DNA of 11,851 nt from Candidatus Hermodarchaeum yapensis (GCA_016840405.1 JAEOSK010000053.1:1-11851); one strand, 5' to 3'; shown: positions 1-7,103, counted from the stretch's first letter. The notes: generated by a model from the letters alone, not told the origin. Numbers and translations are program-made.

Positions 1-897
1 CGTATCCGTACGAAGTGCCCTGAAGCCCTAAACCGTATTGAACTCCAAGTTGAACCACTCAAAGCTGAAGTCATTCAACTCATCCGAGACGGAAAACTCG
101 ACGAATACATGGATGAACGTGTCCAATCCAAAGTTCTACGTGAAAACGCAGGATGGGACGCGAAAGTCGGTCGAAACATCTGGGCTATCGAAGGCACAAA
201 TATTCTCCTGAATATGTCTCGCGGTGTTCAACGACTAGACCGCATCAAACCCTACGTCATCACGGCATTCCGCGATTTCTGCCTCAGTAGTGTCCTTGCC
301 CGAGAACCCATCATGGGTATGAAAGTCAGTATGTATGATGCCACAGTTCACGAAGACCCCGCCCACACGAAAGCGGGACAGATCATGATCATGACTGCTT
401 CGGGACTCAACATCAGCTTCCTCACCTCCAACCCAGGCCTGTATGAACCCGTTCTTCGTATTGATGTGAAGACTCCTGAGGACACCATGGGTAGCGTCAT
501 CAGTTATGTCACCCAACACCGAGGTAAAATTACAGGAACGGATACGAAAGGCGGAAACGCATTTCTAAGCGGAGAACTCCCTGCCTCCGAAGCGTCACGA
601 GGAATCGCCGACGAACTCCGAGGTGCAACTTCTGGAAGAGCATTATTCGGCTACCAGTTTGAAAAGTTCCAAGTCCTTCCCAAAAGCCTTCAAAACGAAA
701 CAATACTGAGCATTCGTAAACGCAAGATCAGCGAAGGTCGCGATATGTCTGATGAACCACCAACCGTTGACACCTTCAAGAACCGAATTTATCCTGAATG
801 GCAATCCGTAATGCCACGATTACGGGAACATCTTCGAACACAAGAAAAGAAGGCAATTGTCCCGGAGTTAATGGCTCGCCTTCTCGGTGAGGAATAA
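1..897 (+). CDS. fusA: Elongation factor 2 family GTPase, domains IV-V (5'-partial); divergent copy, possibly the archaeal EF-2 paralogue (aEF-2p)
   Basis: Frame 1 is open from base 1 (RIRTKCPEALNRIELQVEPL...), so the ATG at 109 is internal. EF-2 motifs: NIWAIEGTNILLNMSRGVQ, LAREPIMG, VHEDPAH, LYEPVLRIDV, QHRGKI, LRGATSGRA, IRKRK. Confidence 0.92.
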   Translation, partial: RIRTKCPEALNRIELQVEPLKAEVIQLIRDGKLDEYMDERVQSKVLRENAGWDAKVGRNIWAIEGTNILLNMSRGVQRLDRIKPYVITAFRDFCLSSVLAREPIMGMKVSMYDATVHEDPAHTKAGQIMIMTASGLNISFLTSNPGLYEPVLRIDVKTPEDTMGSVISYVTQHRGKITGTDTKGGNAFLSGELPASEASRGIADELRGATSGRALFGYQFEKFQVLPKSLQNETILSIRKRKISEGRDMSDEPPTVDTFKNRIYPEWQSVMPRLREHLRTQEKKAIVPELMARLLGEE

Positions 898-912
898 AGA
901 AAAGCCAAATTG

Positions 913-940
913 TGGAGACTGGTCATTAATACCAGCTCCA
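913..940. terminator. Hairpin between the convergent EF-2 and GNAT genes, probable terminator
   Basis: TGGAG-A-CTGGT (913-923) / loop CATTAAT / ACCAG-CTCCA (931-940): 10-bp stem with a 1-nt bulge, pyrimidine-rich tracts nearby on both strands. Confidence 0.55.
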
Positions 941-974
941 ACCCCTCTAATTTTATCTCCGGTTCATACCAAAA

Positions 975-1561
975 TCAAAACAGGGGATATACCATTTGAG
1001 AAACTCCCCTGAAGCCTAAGAGGACACTCCATGAACGTGGAACCTTGCCATGTTTCACGGTTTTGAAACCCAATCGTTCATACAGTGTTTTTACCCGAAC
1101 GTTCTCATCGACGACTTTCAGCTGAACCCAAAGAAAGCCTTGAGATTTTGCATACTGTATAAATTCTTTAACAATACGGGTTCCTACGCCGTGTCCACGC
1201 GCCTCGTTAGTGACTGATAGATAATTTAATTCGAACAGCCTTTTCGCTTCTAATCTAAAAGGAAGGGGAGAGCAACAACAAGACTCCGCAATGCACGATA
1301 ATGATAGGTTCGAAGCCACGGAATCAATTTACTTTCAACAAGTTCTCCTTCAGTGGTTCTGGATCCAGCGATTCCAATGATTTTGCCATACTTCAAAGCA
1401 ACAAGAACGTATTTGTCGTTAATTTGTGAGGTAATAAAGGCGATGGCTTTCTCTCGAGGACCTAGAGTATATCGAAGTTTGTGTTCAAAGGCATCATAGA
1501 TAGTTCTCGCTACTCGACGGTATTGACCTTTGGGAATAGTCCATTGAAGTTCAATAGTCAC
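975..1561 (-). pseudogene. GNAT family N-acetyltransferase split by a frameshift near 1230-1260
   Basis: N-half 1561..1250 (IYDAFEHKL...VLVALKYGKIIGIAG) ends at TAG. The C-half, in the -1 frame, has motif A (LSVTNEARGHGVGTRIV) and motif B (ENVRVKTLYERLGF). Together they give one GNAT of about 195 aa. A GAGGA SD-like site precedes GTG 1561. Confidence 0.8.
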
Positions 1562-1595
1562 GTGAAATCCTCGAGTTCCCTGTTGTTCGATTACT

Positions 1596-1608
1596 AAAAA
1601 AGAAAGGG
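1596..1608 (-). terminator. Oligo-T tract, archaeal-type terminator candidate
   Basis: The minus strand reads CCCTTTCTTTTTT directly after the stop of the gene ending at 1610. Confidence 0.45.
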
Positions 1609-1609
1609 T

Positions 1610-2458
1610 TCAGCGACCTGTGAGGGTTCGGATAATGGAGGTGATGAATCCGACAAGGGTGAACAGGAACCGGAGACCAAACTCTGATGGAGAAGGATAA
1701 TAGAGAATATGTGGCGGTGTGAAGGGATTCGATAGGTCATGGCCTAGAGGGTTTTTATGGTGTTGATAGTACCATTGCCAGAGAATGCGACGGTCAAGAC
1801 GACAAAGTGGAATCGTTAGTTCATGTTGGAGTGGATTTCTTCTTTTGGATTTACGACGATGGTATTGCCATTGGTTCCATTTGATGCCAGTGAATACATG
1901 GAAGCAATTACTGATTCGCACTATGGGTCGTTGATCAATGAATACGAGGTTATAGAGTGGTTGGTCTAGCACCCAGATTTCATAGGTGTGCCGGCCCCAA
2001 GGAAAAGATTCAAAGGAACTCGTTTTACGGCGTATGGCTCCTGACCGCACTTGTTTCACATGACGATAGACTTCTACTCCATGTCCTCCGTATCTGGGTG
2101 GTCCGGCGGATGCAATGACTACCCTGTCCAACGAACTGTGTTGGAGATTGAAGTGGATCTGTATCTGTTCATAATCGTGTTCGTGATCTTTGTTGAACTG
2201 TCGCCAAGAACAATCTTGTCGTGTCCAATACACTTCGTATATAATACACAGTCGATGGTGCCGTTCGTCATAGACTAATCGGTATGCCATAAATTCGGGT
2301 GGGACTGGTTGCTTTCCATGACCCTTAGGGTCTATGATGATGGGTTTGTAACGAAAGGCGAGTTCATCACAAAATGCGACATCAAAGGCTGGTGAAACGA
2401 AGGGGTCACGTTTATCGAACTCGAGTGTGTACTCTCGTCCTTCTAGGGTAACGTTCAT
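1610..2458 (-). CDS. Hypothetical protein, putative NPP1/NLP (Vps62-related) fold, with hydrophobic C-terminal helix
   Basis: ORF of about 282 aa (alternative starts GTG 2461, TTG 2479). Ordered motifs LAFRYKPII, CIIYEVYWTRQD, DHEHDYE (2188-2168), VVIASAG, RPIVRISNCFH, LGHDLSNPF, then tail FGLRFLFTLVGFITSIIRTL. The CDS is solid; the fold call is an inference. Confidence 0.75.
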   Translation of the reverse strand: MNVTLEGREYTLEFDKRDPFVSPAFDVAFCDELAFRYKPIIIDPKGHGKQPVPPEFMAYRLVYDERHHRLCIIYEVYWTRQDCSWRQFNKDHEHDYEQIQIHFNLQHSSLDRVVIASAGPPRYGGHGVEVYRHVKQVRSGAIRRKTSSFESFPWGRHTYEIWVLDQPLYNLVFIDQRPIVRISNCFHVFTGIKWNQWQYHRRKSKRRNPLQHELTIPLCRLDRRILWQWYYQHHKNPLGHDLSNPFTPPHILYYPSPSEFGLRFLFTLVGFITSIIRTLTGR

Positions 2459-2655
2459 CACCAGCAACTCTGTGTTCAAGTGGAGGTTCAGTAATTAGGG
2501 GACTTCTTTATGAAACGCTAAGTAGTTTTCTGCCTTTGGAAACTGGATATGAGGCAATCTGCGAGTTCGGGGTCATTGGAGGTTTTTCACTTGGCGACGT
2601 AGCCTCTATTTGAGGTTCGACAATTAACGATGTTTTTCTTTATGTGATAACAAGG

Positions 2656-2663
2656 CTTAAAAG
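2656..2663 (+). promoter_or_regulatory. Possible TATA box for the DUF92-GGR cluster
   Basis: CTTAAAAG preceded by purine-rich ATAACAAGG in the divergent intergenic region; weak match. Confidence 0.25.
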
Positions 2664-2769
2664 TAACCACAATGCGAACAGTCGATGGACGGACGTTCCC
2701 AAGTTTCTATTGTAACCTATTCTACTATTCTGACCGTTGGCACTTCCCCAAAAAAACACCAAAGAAAGA

Positions 2770-3735
2770 ATGATGGATGCTTCGACAATGTTCTATGTAC
2801 TACTGGACCTAGCAATTGCCTTGATGGTCCTGATACCACTAGCACTCATAGCTTACAAGAAGAATCTCCTTACCAAATCGGGGCTAGTAGCCGCGTTTGT
2901 CGTAGGATTAGGCGTTTGGATGTTAGCCTCTTGGGCATGGTTTCTCATTTTCTTAGCATTCTTCATGGTAACCGCATTATTCACCCATTATAAGTATCAG
3001 AAGAAACGATCGCTTGGAGCCGCACAGGATAAGAGTGGTGCCCGTGGCTGGAGAAACGTCATGGCTAATGGAATCCTTCCCTTAAGCTTCGTGCTCTTCG
3101 GCTTCATTTTAATAGCCCTTGGTGAAGGTTGGGATGCTTTTGGTCGAACAGTTGTAGGAATGGGAATACTCTTTATTCCTCTCCCGGTAATGGGCATAAC
3201 CTTTGCCGCCTTTCTGGGAGCCTTGGCCACCCATTGTGCTGACACCCTTGCCACGGAGATTGGCCTCCTCAATCCAACACCACCTCGTTTAATCACAAAA
3301 CCGTGGGAAACCGTTCCAGCGGGAACATCCGGTGGAGTTTCATTGATGGGTGAAATTGCCACCATCCTCGGATCCCTACTAATTGGTGGTACCGCCGCTC
3401 TTCTTGCCGCACCGTTTTGGTACTCACTGATTGGAGCGCCACCATTATTTGAATTGATTAACTTTGCGCCAGTAACAATGGTATTAGTAGCTCTTTTTGG
3501 CGGCTTAGTGGGCTGCACAATTGACAGCCTCTTTGGTGCAACCATTCAAGGACATTGGCGATGCCAGGTGTGCAATAAGAAAACCGAGAAGAAAGTACAC
3601 TGTGGCGAAGCAGCGGACTATCTTCGTGGAAACCGATTTTTTGACAACAATATGGTGAATCTTGTCTCGGGTTTAATTGGAGCCCTAGCTGCAATATGGC
3701 TCTATCTGACTCTTCTTGGCATTGGTTTCGCGTAG
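2770..3735 (+). CDS. DUF92 (TMEM19/VTE6-like) integral membrane protein with C-terminal CxxC..HC metal-binding loop
   Basis: Multiple TM segments and DUF92 motifs KSGARGWRNVMANG, ADTLATEIG, VPAGTSGGVSLMG, DSLFGATIQ, CQVC-x8-HCG, NNMVN. ATG 2770/2773 preferred over TTG 2737. Confidence 0.9.
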   Translation: MMDASTMFYVLLDLAIALMVLIPLALIAYKKNLLTKSGLVAAFVVGLGVWMLASWAWFLIFLAFFMVTALFTHYKYQKKRSLGAAQDKSGARGWRNVMANGILPLSFVLFGFILIALGEGWDAFGRTVVGMGILFIPLPVMGITFAAFLGALATHCADTLATEIGLLNPTPPRLITKPWETVPAGTSGGVSLMGEIATILGSLLIGGTAALLAAPFWYSLIGAPPLFELINFAPVTMVLVALFGGLVGCTIDSLFGATIQGHWRCQVCNKKTEKKVHCGEAADYLRGNRFFDNNMVNLVSGLIGALAAIWLYLTLLGIGFA

Positions 3736-3739
3736 AACA

Positions 3740-3755
3740 TTCCGTTAATACGGAA
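3740..3755. repeat. Short inverted repeat just after the DUF92 stop
   Basis: TTCCGT-TAAT-ACGGAA, 6-bp arms; function unknown. Confidence 0.3.
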
Positions 3756-3844
3756 AATTCAGTTTGAAAGGCAACTTCTTCAGTCTACCCTACGTATTTC
3801 TATACTAGGATTTTGATACTCTGCACCAGATGGTTGGTGCGAGG

Positions 3845-5080
3845 ATGACTAGCCAGCAGTCAGACTATGATGTGATAATCGTAGGTGCAGGACCAGCTGG
3901 CACAACAACAGCTAAATGTCTCCTTGATCAACGACCTGAAACGCGTGTTCTAATTTTAGATAAAGCCCATCAATTTCCTCGACAGAAACCTTGTGGTGGA
4001 TACATAGGTGCTGAAATCTTCAATGCGTTCCCATACCTCCAAGGGAATGAAGCCTATTTTGTAGAAAGTGAGAGTAATCATGGGATTCTTCATTCTCCTG
4101 ACCTGCGATACCAGGTTGGAGGTCGAACCCGGATGTTGGGTGTCCTTCGGGAGACCTTTGATGCATATTTAGTTGGTCTTGCCCAACAGGCGGGAACACA
4201 AATCGGAACCCGTAGTCGCGTTATCGACGTGAAATCGGAACAACACCAAGTCAAAGTGGAACTGAGCGATAAACGCAGTTTGACCGCAAAAGTCGTTGTG
4301 GGAGCTGATGGTGCAGCGAGCATTGTGGGACGTCGAAGCGGATTACATTCTGGTTGGCAATCTCATGAAATCTGTAAGACTGTTGTCAAAGAATTCACAG
4401 TTGAGCCCGAATATATTTTAGATCAGTACGGCCCAGACCGTCCCATCCACTTATTTTTACAATTCAATCAAATCCCCGGCTATGCTTGGGTGTTTCCCAA
4501 AGCCTACCAAATCAACGTGGGTCTAGGGTGTTTTGCCGACACACCTACCCGGCTAATTGATTACTTTCGTCTCCTAGTCCGTCTTCTCAAAGAAAAGGAA
4601 ATGTTGCCAGAGTCTGCTACTTTAACTGGCGTTGAAGCGGGAATCTGTCCGACCGTAGGACCTATCGGCACCACGCAGCGAAAACGCATACTATTGGTGG
4701 GTGATGCTGCAGGATTTGTCTCCCCTTCAACAGGCGCGGGGATTGTACCTGGTATGGTCAGTGGAAAACTTGCTGCCCAAACCTTGGCTGAAGCCTTGGA
4801 CCATCAACGGTTTGATGACGCCTTTCTGCACCGATACCAGATCCGCTGGGAGAATACAATTGGACGGTTTAATACCGAACTCATGATTCAACGCATTTTC
4901 TTAACCCGGTGGTGCAATCTTTTCATTCGAATTGGAGAACACGACGAAGGAATTCGGAAGTTTGTAGCAGCCACACAAACCAAGGATCCGAGGGGGTACT
5001 ATGGGAGAGAAACCAATATCTTTGAATTATTGCTTCGTGTATTTTGGGCGTTAATTAAAGGCCCCTTCGGAAGGCTCTAA
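3845..5080 (+). CDS. Geranylgeranyl reductase family FAD-dependent oxidoreductase (paralogue 1)
   Basis: DVIIVGAGPAG Rossmann motif, KPCGG (redox Cys), VVGADG, PGYAWVFPK-x6-GLG, LLVGDAAGFVSPSTGAGI. ATG 3845 has GGTG/GAGG upstream; ATG 3830 is also possible. Confidence 0.9.
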   Translation: MTSQQSDYDVIIVGAGPAGTTTAKCLLDQRPETRVLILDKAHQFPRQKPCGGYIGAEIFNAFPYLQGNEAYFVESESNHGILHSPDLRYQVGGRTRMLGVLRETFDAYLVGLAQQAGTQIGTRSRVIDVKSEQHQVKVELSDKRSLTAKVVVGADGAASIVGRRSGLHSGWQSHEICKTVVKEFTVEPEYILDQYGPDRPIHLFLQFNQIPGYAWVFPKAYQINVGLGCFADTPTRLIDYFRLLVRLLKEKEMLPESATLTGVEAGICPTVGPIGTTQRKRILLVGDAAGFVSPSTGAGIVPGMVSGKLAAQTLAEALDHQRFDDAFLHRYQIRWENTIGRFNTELMIQRIFLTRWCNLFIRIGEHDEGIRKFVAATQTKDPRGYYGRETNIFELLLRVFWALIKGPFGRL

Positions 5081-5099
5081 CGTTCCTAGAGTGAGCGTA

Positions 5100-5107
5100 T
5101 TTATAAT
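5100..5107 (+). promoter_or_regulatory. Archaeal TATA box candidate for the second GGR
   Basis: TTTATAAT in the 88-bp intergenic gap; SD-like GAGGT at 5154-5158 before ATG 5169. Confidence 0.45.
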
Positions 5108-5168
5108 GTAAGCCACTTTGGAAGACACAAATGACTCTTTCGAGAAGGTTTACGAGGTTACCTGACTG

Positions 5169-6371
5169 ATGTATGATGTAATCATCTCAGGAGCGGGACC
5201 TGCAGGGTCAATGACCGCGTATATTTGTGCAAAAGCGGGACTAGATGTGCTACTTCTCGATAAGGCAACATTCCCACGTGAGATCCCTTGTGGGGGTGGG
5301 ATCTCAGTTCGGTCAGAGAAAGTGCTCCGGTTGGCTGGAATCGAACTTCCTGCAAATCAGATTGAACAAGAACTCAGGAGTCTCCAGTTTATGGGACCGG
5401 ATCAAAAACCCTTCGTTTTTCGCTCATCAAAACCTCTTGGGTATACAGTGAAGCGAAGCCAATTTGATCATTATTTAGTAAAACAAGCGATAAATGTTGG
5501 AGCTCAATTTGTTGATTCGTGTACTTTACAACAGCTGGAAAGTCATAAGGATCGAGTCACTGTTGAGACCGAAAGAGGAGTTTTTGAGTCGCATTTATTA
5601 ATTGGTGCAGATGGTGTGACGAGTACGGTTGGACGCCTCTCAGGACTTCGAAAACCTTTGAACCCAGATAGAGTTGGTGTCGCTCTTGAAGTGGATGTTC
5701 CCATTTCACCAAGCCTTTGGAACAGCGTTCTTGACCCTTCGATTGTTTATTTTTGGTTCCTAAATATCCCCTTTGGTTATTTCTGGGTCTTTCCTCGCAA
5801 AGATAGTCTTTCATTGGGGGTAGGAGGTATGGCCAAACAGTTAGAAAATGTCCCGAAGCTACTACGTGGACTTGCACGAACTTTTACGACACGACATGGC
5901 TTGCCTCCGTTTTCAATCCCTAAAATTCGTGGACGCATGTTACTTGCCCTGGAATATCCAGTGTTAGAAACGACTAATCGGATTCTCCTTGTGGGGGATG
6001 CGGCGGGTCTAATTGACATATTTACTGGCCAAGGAATTTGCTATGCCTTGGAAAGTGGGTTTCTCGCTAGCAAAACTGTTATCAAAGCAGTGAAGAACAA
6101 CCGCATCACAAAAAAAATGTTATCAGAATATACCTGGAATGCACGACGATGTTTTGGCGAGGAAATCAGAATTAGTCGGACAGTGAATAATTTGGTCCAC
6201 AGACATCTTCATGGATTTTTCCAAGTAGCTCGTAGATTAGATTGTATTGGCAAGGTGCTTTTTGATATTATTCTTGGAAAAACAGATTATTATCGCATTC
6301 GCCGTAATCTACTCGTGTTTGCTATGAGACTTTTCACTTTTGAATTACAAAACCGATTGCTCACTCTTTAA
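5169..6371 (+). CDS. Geranylgeranyl reductase family FAD-dependent oxidoreductase (paralogue 2)
   Basis: MYDVIISGAGPAG, FPREIPCGGG, RSQFDHYL, LIGADG, PFGYFWVFPR-x6-GVG, LLVGDAAGLIDIFTGQGI. Confidence 0.9.
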   Translation: MYDVIISGAGPAGSMTAYICAKAGLDVLLLDKATFPREIPCGGGISVRSEKVLRLAGIELPANQIEQELRSLQFMGPDQKPFVFRSSKPLGYTVKRSQFDHYLVKQAINVGAQFVDSCTLQQLESHKDRVTVETERGVFESHLLIGADGVTSTVGRLSGLRKPLNPDRVGVALEVDVPISPSLWNSVLDPSIVYFWFLNIPFGYFWVFPRKDSLSLGVGGMAKQLENVPKLLRGLARTFTTRHGLPPFSIPKIRGRMLLALEYPVLETTNRILLVGDAAGLIDIFTGQGICYALESGFLASKTVIKAVKNNRITKKMLSEYTWNARRCFGEEIRISRTVNNLVHRHLHGFFQVARRLDCIGKVLFDIILGKTDYYRIRRNLLVFAMRLFTFELQNRLLTL

Positions 6372-6409
6372 CTAGTAAATAAAACATGAATTCTCTTGAG
6401 TCATAAATG

Positions 6410-6437
6410 AAAAGAAAAATTTTGAAAAAAAGGAAGG
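6410..6437 (-). terminator. Oligo-T tracts, terminator candidate for the FN3 gene
   Basis: The minus strand reads CCTTCCTTTTTTTCAAAATTTTTCTTTT starting 14 nt after the stop at 6452. Confidence 0.45.
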
Positions 6438-6451
6438 ATTGGAAGCGGGGT

Positions 6452-7026
6452 TTACCGCATCCGTCGATCATAGTAAACACTAATGCCTAAAGCTAGAATC
6501 GCTACAAGAGAAATGGCTTCGATGGGGAAGCCAGAACTCGGTGGGGGTGGTGGGAGTCCACTGGCTATAGTGATGCTTTCGATATTGCTCCAAAGGCTGT
6601 AGACATCATCATTGTCGACAGCGCGAACCCGGAAGAAGAACACACCATCAGTAGGTGCGGTGACGTTGTAGGAGGTTCCAGTAGTCGTATAGGTTGCTAG
6701 GCCTATGCTGAATCCATCTTCGTTGCTGCTTTGAAGTTCATAGTGGTCGATCGAGCCATCAGGGTCTGTACTCGCTGCCCAGGTTAATAGAATGTCTCCA
6801 GAAACAGCTGTATCACCTGGATTGTCAAGATTGGGTTGACTTGGTGGTTGGGTGTGTTCGTATGCAATAGTGATATTGTACAAGTGTGCACTGATGTCTT
6901 CACGAGGAGTATCGAAGGTCGCTCGCCAGCGAAGCTGTGAGCCTTGATTTGTAAAAACATGTTGCACTCAACCCTGTGTGTGTAAACCCTGTGGAGAAAT
7001 AAGCAGAAAGAACAGCAGAGCTTCAT
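6452..7026 (-). pseudogene. Truncated cell-surface protein: fibronectin type III domain, Pro linker and GF-type C-terminal TM/basic tail
   Basis: ORF 6967..6452 has FN3 signatures (LLTWAASTDPDGSIDHYELQ, TSYNVT, FFFRVRAVDNDDVYSLWS) and the tail PPPPPSSGFPIEAISLVAILALGISVYYDRRMR. It begins mid-domain after an in-frame TGA (6970-6968). Upstream the same frame encodes ALLFFLLISP, and ATG 7026 is one base out of frame with it. Confidence 0.65.
6970..6993. repeat. 9-bp direct repeat at the truncation point of the FN3 gene
   Basis: AACCCTGTG at 6970-6978 and 6985-6993, separated by TGTGTA. Confidence 0.6.
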
Positions 7027-7094
7027 TTAATTGAATCTGAAGATTTGTAAGTTGTAACCGTAACTTCTTTAGGTTGGGTTTTCTAGCTTTAATT

Positions 7095-7101
7095 AGGTGA
7101 T
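7095..7101 (+). promoter_or_regulatory. Shine-Dalgarno site for nfeD
   Basis: AGGTGAT just upstream of GTG 7104. Confidence 0.55.
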
Positions 7102-7103
7102 AA

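Noticed and set aside
235-519. 94-aa minus-strand ORF
   Set aside because: Antisense shadow of EF-2 with no recognisable motifs.
1250-1252. Pyrrolysine readthrough of the GNAT TAG
   Set aside because: Readthrough gives only KRKGCSN before a TAA and does not reach the catalytic half.
2051-2278. 75-aa plus-strand ORF
   Set aside because: Antisense to the NLP-like gene.
2685-2993. 102-aa ORF overlapping DUF92, with an A7 run at 2750-2756 as a possible slip site
   Set aside because: Out-of-frame overlap with no protein features. Joining it to DUF92 needs a +1 shift, and DUF92 is complete from its own ATG.
3562-3603. CQVC..HC zinc loop in DUF92 as a novelty
   Set aside because: This loop is a common feature of many prokaryotic DUF92 proteins.
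2997-3694. Minus-strand ORFs 2997..3545 and 3458..3694
   Set aside because: Antisense shadows of the hydrophobic DUF92 gene.
4090-6019. Short ORFs 4090..4323, 4701..4886, 5245..5451, 5557..5877 and 5777..6019
   Set aside because: Nested in or antisense to well-supported GGR genes.
6968-6970. Selenocysteine readthrough of the in-frame TGA
   Set aside because: No redox motif, no in-frame start upstream and no SECIS-like hairpin seen downstream.
6784-7026. 80-aa Cys-rich minus-strand ORF as an independent gene
   Set aside because: Mostly an alternative frame of the FN3 remnant; better read as its frameshifted start.
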